Assembly (NCBI GenBank): GCA_040954595.2
Contig: CM082580.2
Span: 7,075,519-7,139,518, forward strand
Length of the DNA: 64,000 bases
Direction: 5' to 3'
From: Balanoglossus misakiensis
Lineage: Eukaryota > Animalia > Hemichordata
Part shown: piece by piece, positions 38,601 to 47,810 of the stretch
Numbering within the stretch: position 1 is the stretch's first letter
How the letters are laid out: each line of letters starts with the position of its first letter
Notes under the pieces: generated by a model
What the model was told of the DNA's origin: nothing
What the model saw: only the letters and a program-made list of their open reading frames with translations
Database searches by the model: none
Translations under genes and position numbers: made by a program

Positions 38601-41600
38601 TGGACCCCGCTACGCACTGAATTCTATTCACTCGAAATGCTGTTGACTCTCTGGTGAGTACAACTAAAACCGACTGCGCTCCCCGGCCATCTCTCCTGGT
38701 TGAAGTGAACACATAAACGGAGTCGCACAGGAACAACTTGGTGTGAAAGCATCTGTAAACTTCACCGGTGGAAGATCTCTTCCAGACTTGACTTCTGTTT
38801 AAACAGCATGCATCATCACCAGGCCTAATATTGTTCACGTCACAATGAATAAGGTAAGCTGGTGGTTACTGCGAAAAAAGCAACAGGTTACTTCATATTT
38901 TTTTTTTTACAAGGTGTGAAGTTGGCATGTTCTCATTTTTCTGAGTGAAGGTAATTTTTTTTAAAACTTTTAATATATTGATCTGAGCTTTGTACAGACG
39001 TCTCTCACTGTAATTTACAATTTAAATTGTTTGGGATGGGTGAGGATGTACAAGCATCGGCAGCTAGGGGGGGGGCACCCATATGGGCAGTCATAAAACA
39101 AAATTTCTGTGAAGATGAGATGAGAACAAACATCTGGCACCCGTTCTGCTCAAGTGCCGTCGACATCACATTGTCGAAATTTCAGGAGTGCAAACAAGTT
39201 GGCGTGGTTACGCGTGAATTCTGGACTGTGTTTCATCTCTGATGCTGTGTGCACGTCACACGATTGGTCGAAATGAACCACTTTAACTTGCATTGTGTTC
39301 GGGGGGAGAAACACCAGTGCTCTCTCAGCAACTAGAAATTGTTATGTATCTGCAAAGACACGTGCGAGCTAGATAATTTTCTTCTTTTCTGCTGAGTGAC
39401 TGACTAACTGTTGTTTGGTACGGTTGATCCACAGGCTGCCGTAGCATCACTGAAGAATCTCACAACTGTCACAAACTGAGAAGGATGTATCCATGATTAC
39501 ACTGCAGGTGAGCTTGTTTTTCTTGTACGGTAAGAAAATTACTGGTATTCAAATGACGTCCTGTGCTATTAGCTAATAAATTGACGTGACGTAAAGGAGT
39601 TGGTTCAGTTTTTGCTATATAGAGTCTCGTGACTCACTGACCCACCTTCTGGCTAAACAGAAAATTTAGGGTTTCTTGACTTCCCTGTTCAATGACAATG
39701 ATTTTCCTTTCTGATTCACTCAACCGGTCATGGGCTCAGTTATTTCAATGCACATTCATCAATTGCATATTTGGGATGTCATAATTAACGAAAATATTAT
39801 ACAATTTGTGGGGCCGAATATCATTTTAATTTACCTTCCGAGAAATTAACAAGATTACAGATGGAATACATTATACTCCCTCTCGCGCACCCCCATCCCT
39901 CAAACCTCCCAACTCCACCCTTAAGCTTCCTCATCGATTCCACCACCTCCCATGGATGGAATATATTCATCCTCCTTCTGAGCACTAGCTAGCTACTCTC
40001 CTACTCTCTTGTACGTCAAAAACGAGTACTTTACACTTTACAAGTGTGAATGATTTCTAAGTGTCAGTTTCTCCGTATCTATCGTGCGAACAATTAACCT
40101 AAGTCACGATGATGACTCACGTGTAATCGCAATACAGGAAAAAACATTTTACAACGGAACGATAGACAAATATAGATTCACGTGTCCCTGGAAAATTGGG
40201 AAAGCCGATCTGATAATGTCAACTTACTGGTACTCATTACAGTCTCGGATGACACTGCAAGAAATGAACAGACGGTCATCTCACTGTTTGAAATCACTGT
40301 ACTACTTCTCTTCTCAAATGATATTCCAACATTTCACATGTACGGGTGTGTGATGGGATGGTCACGCTACACTACAAAAACTCTTTCACAGTATCCCGTT
40401 TCTCAAACATGCAACTAATTAGTGTTTGTGAACTTGTCAGCTGACTACGGACAAACCGTTGGCTGACAAACCGTTGGTACGGTTAGGAAATCTTTTGGGC
40501 GTTGCACTAGTGATTACACAATGTACTAGATGGAATACTGAGCTTGAGGATGAAAAAAACAATTAAAGCTAAACTGATATTCCTTGATATGCCTTGTAAA
40601 TCTGAGTGGTGTTCACTGAGAAAGTTTGCCATGACACCTTCACACAAAATGAAGCAGAAACAGTTGTGTCTCGAGCGGCAACAAAATTTCACGAGGTCGC
40701 TTCTCTGCGAGTTTGAGTGACTCAAGGTCGGTCATAGGTGACTGATAGGACAGGCCAAGTCATGTACTGTACACCTGGATACACCAACAATTAGAATGTT
40801 ATGTACTTAAACACGAACGCTCTGTCTGACGTATTTACACAGAAAGATAGCGCTGAATGCGTACGAACTGCCATTTCTTTTTGTTAAACGCCTCTGTTAA
40901 ATGTCTTAAATATTTTCACTGCTGGTAGAGTCCATCTAAATTTCAGTGGTCGAGAATCCCTCTTTTGACTCACAGCAATGCAACCCAAATCACCACTGCA
41001 AATTAACTCAATCAAGAAAAATTAAATAAGTGACTTTTATAAAAATGAGACAGTAAACACCTTTCTTCTTTGTTTTCGAAAATACTCCACATGCGCTTCA
41101 ATATAGTAAAGCTATTGAAAAGTAAGGAAACGCAAAGTTAAGTAAAAAAATCACATTTCAGAAGCAATTTCAGTCATTGCAGGGGATGAGCTGCATGTCA
41201 AAGGTCGTGTGCGTACAGAAGGGGGGCAGTTTTCATTTCTTTGCAAACACTTCAGAGAAAACACACAGGTTTAAATACATAACACACTCTAACTGTTAGT
41301 GTATCCAGGTGAAGAACACACACCTCTCTCACCTTTGTCATGTGCTCAAGTTAAACAAGTTAAATATATATGCAGTGAATAAACATAGCAAACAGGAACT
41401 ACCTGTACTGCGATTCATTCATTCACATTTTTTTAACCACTATGGTTCAGTCCAAAAGCCATTGTTTTCTATGGCAAGGTTGGATCTCTGAAGAGGGAAC
41501 TGGGGGATGAAAGGGGTAAACATGAGATGTTTATACTAAATGATTCTTAATCTCCTAGGTGGAGAATAATAATGATGAACTATACAACCACTGCGTGGGT

Positions 41601-44600
41601 GACGACAACGTCGGATGACTTCAACATTACCTTCAACGACACGGACAACAATGACACTGACGGAAACGCGGACGTGCCCTACCCGGGGAGGAATACACTG
41701 TACACCGTTCTCCTGGTGGTGATCTGCGTCTGGGGCATCATCGGCAACATCGCGTTCATGCACGTCATGAGGAAAGTGTCGTACATGCACACCGTGACCA
41801 ACATCTACCTCCTGAACCTGAGCGTGGCCGACCTGCTCTTCCTGACGCTCGGCGCGGCCATGCGGATCGTGCCCATCTACACGCAGTACATCTCCCTGGT
41901 GTGCCTCATCCAGAGTTTCCTGATCTACGTCTCCTCGTTCGCCTCCATGTTCACCATCGCCCTGATCAGCATCGAGCGCTACGTGGCCATCTGCCACCCG
42001 CTGAAGCGGCGCCACTTCGACCTGCAGCGGTCGCGCTGCGCCCGCCACATCGTCGTCATCTGGGCGCTGGCGCTGCTCTTCACCGTGCCCTCCATCCTGT
42101 ACTGCTACATACCGCAGCTGGAGATGTACCTGACGTCGCTGATCGTGAAGACGGTGCCGTTCTTCGTCTCCCTCCTCATCATCGTCGTCACGTACACGCT
42201 GATGATCTCCAAGCTGACGTGCCGGCAGACGGTGGCCCACAAGATGCTGGAGGTGATCGTGGCGTCCAAGAGGCGGAAGCGACGCCTGCACGTCGTCCGC
42301 ATGTTGCTCGTCACCGCCGTCGTCTACTTCCTGTGCCTGCTGCCGTACCACCTGCTGCAGTACGTGCTGATCGCCAGCGCGCTCGGAGCGCAGGTGTCGG
42401 CTGGGGTCATCGAGGCCTTCCTGCGCATGTCGGAGATTCTCCTCTACATCAACGCCTCGGCCAACCCGCTCATCTACAACATCATGAGCAGGCAGTACCG
42501 GAAGGCCTTCAGAAAGGCGTTCGGCTGCAGGACTGCCGCGCAGGAGGACGAAAGCTACTTTTCCGCCAACATGGAAACCCGGAGGCGGTCGACGACGGCG
42601 ACAGCCTCGCAGAGGGACCGGACCACGGCCAATAACGCGTCCGTCGATATCGAAGACGGCAGCGGCAGAATGAACAACACGGACGATACGAACAGTTCTG
42701 GGAGTTTTGAAGATGTAAACCAGCTGTCTATTAACCACCAAGCATATGACAATCCCGCATTTACAAATGACGAGCAGTGCTCTCAACACAGCCATGACGA
42801 TGTGAACAACAACAACGAAAGTGACCAGGGAAGTCAACTTCACGTCAGTTTCAGCGCGTATGACATTGTGCACATGCTGGATGAGGAACCCAATGCGTAC
42901 ATTCTGTGTTCGCTCCCTGTCAACACAGAAACCTGTGAGACGGCACTTTAGATAATGGAGGTGAATTCAGAGTATAGAAATAGACCTTGATACACCGCCA
43001 CATAGAGCTAGCAGCTAGTTCAAACAGACAAGTGACCTTTATCCAAGGAAACATTTTCATTTTTTTTTTGTATGGCATGATTTTGAAACTCGGAGAACAT
43101 ATCAGCCTACAAACTGTTGTCCTGAACTGCATCAGGAACTTTGAGGATAAGAAGCATGACTGCCAGAAACAGACGTTCGTGTCAGACACCTGTTTGAACT
43201 TCGATAATCTGTTGGAAGTGACAATTGACACTTGACTGAGACATGTTCAACAGACATTGCTATGCTGTATGTCATTGAAAGACTTGATGGACTGCTTGAA
43301 TGCCCTCAAGAATGAGGCCCTCACAATCACATGGTGAATACCATACACTCTAACTATGGTACATCAACAAACATGACTGCCTTTCTTCACTACAAGCCTT
43401 AAAATTTTAAATATTTTCCCACTTTTAATAAATGAAGATTAATCACAGAATTTGGGGTCACTTTCACTGAAATACTAGGATCATCTGATCCTTTTATTCC
43501 TAACAATTTACACAGTGACTCCAATATTTTCCTTTTTCCATGGTTTCAATATGAGTGATATATTTTGAGACCTATATTTTTAGTGTACTATACAATATTC
43601 AGTTCAATGCACGCCTGTTCACAAATGTGTAATATAGGAACCTCTTTGCAGTATGTGTTTATACTGTGATCCTATTTGGTTCACATTTTTATCACACAAC
43701 TGCCAAGATTTTTATGTATGCATCATCACAGAAACAAAAGATTTTTATGAATTTGTAATTTATAAGAAAAATGATTATATGTATATTTGGTTGAATTCAC
43801 CTTTTGATATGCACCTTTATAATAAAATATATGACTGAAATTTCACACTATTCGATGGTTGCTGATTTCTTTTCAGACCTCCCAGTTAAAGGAAAGTTAA
43901 CTATTACATTATCATGATCATCAGCACAGCCAAACCTAGATAGTGTAACAACGAACTAATAGGTAGCTGGATGACTTGCCATTACTCTGACTGAACTGTT
44001 GAGGGCGCACATTCTCCACAATAATGTTCTGTGATGATGCAAGTGTTTGCTCACAAAAGCACAGACATCTGTTGTGTTCACATCCTTGTCTCTTGCCCCC
44101 TTTGAAAACATTTCGTCTCTTACCTCTGTCAGCAGAACATCTCTACTGTGAAAGATTGTCGACCAGAACCAGGTATTAACCCCGACCTGTTCAATGTGAT
44201 AAAACGTGACACCGCCATTAAGGCTGCATTCACAAACACCTCTGGAGGGGGGGGCAGGAGAATTGAGGGGGGGGATTTGAAAAAATTGAGGGTATGTAAG
44301 GGGGGGATTTGAAATAATTTAGGGACTGAAAGGGGGGACTTGAAAACTTTAACGACTAAATATTTATTTTGAGTCCACAAAAATGCAGTTTCGCGCCCTT
44401 TATTTTACAAAATTTTCTAATGTGGGAGGGGGACACCCCCTCCCACACCCACCCCCTCCATTCATCAACACCTTTCAATCATTGACTGGTTTATCTAGTG
44501 TCCCAGGTCAGGGGACTTGCCCCACCCCATGACGGTTAAATTTGTCCTCCCCAACATACCGGTAGTTGAGTTAATTTGCTTTTGCCGGGTTCATTAAAAT

Positions 44601-45960
44601 GCAGCTTTGAGCTCTGTATTTTAGAACATTTTCTTACGTGGGAGGGGGACACCCCCTCCCAAACCCACCCCCTTCAATTCTCGGTTTACAATGTCTCCCA
44701 ACACAGAATACAAATATATGTACTTAAAAAATAAAAACAATGTTCAGTTTTAATACCCACTCATGAGGGGAAACATTAGTTTCAAATTCTTTTCATGGGA
44801 GCGCTGTTTTTCTTTTTACAAGATAGATAGGTGATGTGTTTTGCTCTGTGAAAGAAAATGGGGGGGGGGGATTTCAAAATTTTGGCAGTTCGGAAGGGGG
44901 GGATTTGAAAATATTGGCAGTTCGGAAGGGGGGCATGTAAAAATTAGCGGTAAAAAAAATTGAATTCTCCCGCCCCCCCCTCCAGAGGTGTTTGTGAATG
45001 CAGCCTAATGTCATTGAAGTTGAACATGACCTGAAAGATATTCTGCGGCAGCAAGTATGTGGAGAGAGGGGTTTGCTCACAGAGGTTTCAGGTCATGAAC
45101 TCATGCAGATCTATACGAGGAAACAAACTGGTATTGGTAGTGATAGCAAATTTGCTGTTTCACAACAAAATAATTACCATTTCATTGCACCGTAAGGACG
45201 GACTTAGCAACTCACCGCAGCAAATGCGTGCCACACCCAGTACATTGGCGCATCCTTGGGCAGTTGTTTCCTGTACTCTCTGATTCCTATGATATGCATC
45301 AGTCCATTCAGGAAAGAAAAGATCACCGAGGCAGGTTCCTGAATGCCAAGGACACGAATGAAAGGCCACTGCAGAAATGGGGGTTGAGAAAAAGTGACCA
45401 TTACTCCATTGGGTATAAAGAAGAAATATACAGTGAAAAATGCAGTTCATCCTGGTGCAACACTACCTTCAGTTCAGATCTGGGCAACTCTTTATAGTTA
45501 TAGCGAAAATCTGAAATGCGCAATAAAATAGGTTACGCCGTATGGTACATACAACACTATGTCAAGACTTTATACACACACAATCCAACCTATTATAATT
45601 CTGATTATGATAATTATATAATTCTTCATTTAATTTATTATCATTATTAACCTTTCCGTGAAATTGTGGAATGCCAATGTTATGGGTGGAGAACACCTCC
45701 ACTGTTGCCCACATACATCCATAGCTACACTCCTGTGGACAGTCCCATCCCATAAGTTTCATGTACAACGGTTGTTTCCCATTGAACTGATCCAGGCTGT
45801 GTCTGGTGCAGTTCTCTATGCTGCAGTTCCGCGTGCAGTTTCTGTAGTAGGTGGAGCGATCGCCGACGGAGGCGAGGACATAAGGCAAACTGCTCGCTAG
45901 AACCAACGCCCACAGGCAGAGCTTTGCGAAGCTGTCGTTTCTGTTGGTGGTGACGTCCAT
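29603..45960 (-). CDS. PGAP3: Post-GPI attachment to proteins factor 3 (Per1/CREST family, ~334 aa, 7 coding exons)
   Basis: Exons (minus): 45960-45652, 45368-45216, 44186-44124, 31164-31103, 30903-30755, 30335-30131, 29666-29603 = 1005 nt. Motifs ASVGDRS..Y..C, WDCPQECSYGCMW, QFHGKWPF.R..GIQEPAS, NTWFWSTIFHSRD..LTERMDYFCA, FDYGYNM, LELLDFSP..WTFDAHSLWHAST. Probable 5' non-coding exon ending at 46917. Confidence 0.95.
30539..30599. repeat. Compound (TGA)n/(GGA)n microsatellite in a PGAP3 intron
   Basis: Seen directly. Confidence 0.85.
33664..34863 (+). CDS. Intronless class A (rhodopsin-like) orphan GPCR, peptide-receptor-like, nested in a PGAP3 intron
   Basis: 399-aa ORF with 7 hydrophobic segments: TM1 GN, TM2 NLCLAD, TM3 C...SIDRYNAICRP, TM4 W, TM6 FFLCTFP, TM7 NSAINTFIY. 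Acceptor at 33581-33582 just before the ATG. Confidence 0.9.
   Translation: MEKTFNYSMTSGIHATTSAQVQFIIGENITDLELCDLGAAIDLTRQLICLVTIVFGFVGNTIFVVVVAKNQVLHTIVNYYMLNLCLADTLFLIKACIVVTVPVYSYDSLSDENNPTGVCFLWSIMPLYLQYVSMFTIAIISIDRYNAICRPLVAHKFHAKNRSVKLVALTWVIAMVFAMTYSLICLDLGIVAVILSLCIQVLPFLITMTTVSVMYYKVVVEMKRRSKSVSHRFKSSANRQKRQTIRVAFTTTLVFFLCTFPFQVFLFLKILDAVGYVNGGDLCARRIFFQVTVYLLTVNSAINTFIYTVMSELYRNTLVRTFRSRCKSSNARGLEGNRSIVVNSEFDELAARSTFENNGTQMRSVSTNTLVTNVDDIEGGDDRENNNDSAMNDHEITEL
36453..36536. mobile_element. Short piggyBac-like MITE, same family as 62503
   Basis: TTGACCCTCTTCACCACTATGG...CCCATCGTTTTCAATGGCAAAGGTGGACCTCT...GGGTTAA. Confidence 0.55.
37148..37460. mobile_element. TTAA-type MITE (Kolobok-like), copy 2
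   Basis: GGTAGTAG...GATGCATTCTACC|TTAA; internal GGCGGCCATTTTTAAATT and AAAAGTTTAAGACTTT are collinear with copy 1. Confidence 0.65.
41431..41520. mobile_element. Short piggyBac-like MITE, same family as 62503, just upstream of the GPCR2 coding exon
   Basis: ACCACTATGGTTCAGTCCAAAAGCCATTGTTTTCTATGGCAAGGTTGGATCTCT...TGAAAGGGGTAA. Confidence 0.55.
41572..42951 (+). CDS. Intronless class A (rhodopsin-like) orphan GPCR, peptide-receptor-like, nested in a PGAP3 intron
   Basis: 459-aa ORF: N-terminal N-glycosylation sequons, GN, TVTNIYLLNLSVADL, SIERYVAICHP, YFLCLLP, NASANPLIYNIMS..YRKAF, long Ser/Asn/Asp-rich tail. Acceptor TCCTAG at 41553-41558. Confidence 0.92.
   Translation: MMNYTTTAWVTTTSDDFNITFNDTDNNDTDGNADVPYPGRNTLYTVLLVVICVWGIIGNIAFMHVMRKVSYMHTVTNIYLLNLSVADLLFLTLGAAMRIVPIYTQYISLVCLIQSFLIYVSSFASMFTIALISIERYVAICHPLKRRHFDLQRSRCARHIVVIWALALLFTVPSILYCYIPQLEMYLTSLIVKTVPFFVSLLIIVVTYTLMISKLTCRQTVAHKMLEVIVASKRRKRRLHVVRMLLVTAVVYFLCLLPYHLLQYVLIASALGAQVSAGVIEAFLRMSEILLYINASANPLIYNIMSRQYRKAFRKAFGCRTAAQEDESYFSANMETRRRSTTATASQRDRTTANNASVDIEDGSGRMNNTDDTNSSGSFEDVNQLSINHQAYDNPAFTNDEQCSQHSHDDVNNNNESDQGSQLHVSFSAYDIVHMLDEEPNAYILCSLPVNTETCETAL
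44222..45005. mobile_element. PIF/Harbinger-type non-autonomous DNA transposon (Tourist-like MITE), 784 bp
   Basis: Terminal inverted repeats GGCTGCATTCACAAACACCTCTGGAGGGGGGG..GGAGAATT at both ends, each flanked by TAA (44219-44221 and 45006-45008). Internal G-run subrepeats. No ORF. Confidence 0.88.
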
Positions 45961-46245
45961 ACTTGCTGGGACATAATTTGCATCATGGTCCCATGGACCA
46001 GTCCTGAAATCGGAGAATGCACCTGGTGTTAGAAGTGGACAAAAACTGAAGAACAACAATTTTTGAACATACCATAATTTTGAACAGTTGCCTTGGTTAT
46101 ATGTTGATAATTAGCCATTTTATGACATCAACTGTAAATGACCTCACACAGTCACTGTTCAGACTGTTGTTACTGGCTGATCAAATTGAAGGACATTTAT
46201 GCATTTGTTACTGTGATTTTTAATGATAGTTTCTTTGCCAAATAA

Positions 46246-46280
<35 letters not shown>
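46246..46280. repeat. (AATC)n microsatellite
   Basis: Seen directly. Confidence 0.9.
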
Positions 46281-46416
46281 TTTACTTCCGCATAGAGCAT
46301 CAACATAAACGACTTTTGATCATGATCTGTGCAACTGCTGTGGGTGTGAGCAAAGGCCACAGTATGTGGGTGTGTCATCAGGTCATTCAACGGTCACTAC
46401 CATATCTCCACCCGTA

Positions 46417-46581
46417 CGCATGGAATTTTTTCGTTTCTACCCTGCGATCGCGCCCATGAATCAGGGTAGAAACTAGCTGCAATGATTGTAGCGGGTGCTG
46501 CTAGGTTGATGATATGTTCTCAGCCCTAGCAGCACCCGCTACCATCATTCCAGCCAGGTAGAAACGAACAAATCCCATGCG
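46417..46581. repeat. Long imperfect inverted repeat / foldback element
   Basis: CGCATGGAATTTTTTCGTTTCTACC pairs with GGTAGAAACGAACAAATCCCATGCG; the inner AATGATTGTAGCGGGTGCTGCTAGG pairs with CCTAGCAGCACCCGCTACCATCATT. Confidence 0.8.
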
Positions 46582-46916
46582 ACTTCCCCCATCCAAGCAG
46601 AGGTCAACTTTGATAATTATCATTTGAAAGAACAACACCACTTCAGCGTCCATGGCCAAAGCAAACAGTGTATAGTACGTTTATTATTTTAGCGTAAAAG
46701 CCTGTTGATCGTTCAAAAAACGTCATGATCAATAACAGGTTCCATCTTGTCTTTCAAGATGTCTTTCAATTCAAGCGCGTCTTTACATTGTCGTCGTTGG
46801 CATGGGTACGGATGAAGCTTACATTCAGTGACGTAATAAATGTAAATTTTTACCGACAAAATAATTGCTGAGACGTCGCTGGTCGCACACTGCAAAAACA
46901 TATATACTTAACTTAC

Positions 46917-47236
46917 AGGATTAAAAGTGTGTACTCCCTCACCCTTTTCCAAAATTCTGCCTCCGTTCTTCGCGCTAAGCAATCGAAAACCTTCCTCAAG
47001 TGACCTTTCAACTTGCTAAGGTCAAAACATAAACTGGACCTGGGGATTGGTTGATCCAATGAGCCGATTGAAAATTCGACCAATAACAACAATTCTTTCT
47101 GGTTTACGTGAAAAGAATAATTGCGCAAGCGCAGAAGGCAACACCTGCAGTTTGCGACGAAAGCAGGAAGGAGTCTAATAATTTGTTGTGCAAGGAAACT
47201 GGGAAATTGAGATGCTCAAATGTAACTATTGTAACA
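46917..47236. promoter_or_regulatory. Putative bidirectional promoter PGAP3/AVL9 including a PGAP3 non-coding first exon
   Basis: A minus-strand donor (CCT|GTAAGT at 46916) lies ~320 bp from the AVL9 ATG (47237). TGCGCAAGCGCA (NRF1-like) at 47122-47133. The PGAP3 ATG exon starts at an acceptor (46003). Confidence 0.55.
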
Positions 47237-47739
47237 ATGGCGGAGATTTCCGATCAGACTGAACCAGTCCTACATGTCGTCGTGGTTGGATTTCACCATA
47301 AACGCGGCTGTCAGGTAAAAATACACGACACGCCCCCAATCCCAGCAGATCCTTTTTCGCAGGAATTCATCAATCAATGATCTGCTCGAACTATTGATAT
47401 TGTAGTTTCATTCACATTGTACCATTACTGGTACCTCAACTATCTATGGTTGTAGAAACTTGTTGTACGTATGTTTTGGTAATGATAATTACTTATGAAC
47501 ATGTAATTGTAACAGGTCTTTTTCTGTGTGCGTAGAGGTGTACATGTACATTACACATGTTTACGTAGGAGGTCATTCTTCCATGGCTTGAAATTAATTC
47601 GTGTAATCAGCGGCGTACAATGACGCCGTAGGTCATGTCACTGAGTAGGTTTTGCCTTGGTTTGTGTGTTAGACGGCAAACTAAGGCAAAACCTCGAGCT
47701 ACTGAACTGCAGCTAGTCACTGAGATGAGCTCAGCGAAC

Positions 47740-47774
<35 letters not shown>

Positions 47775-47775
47775 A

Positions 47776-47810
<35 letters not shown>

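Noticed and set aside
41536-42873. 445-aa minus-strand ORF and 244-aa alternative-frame ORF over GPCR2
   Set aside because: Shadow ORFs caused by the extreme GC3 codon bias of the real gene; no recognisable domain.
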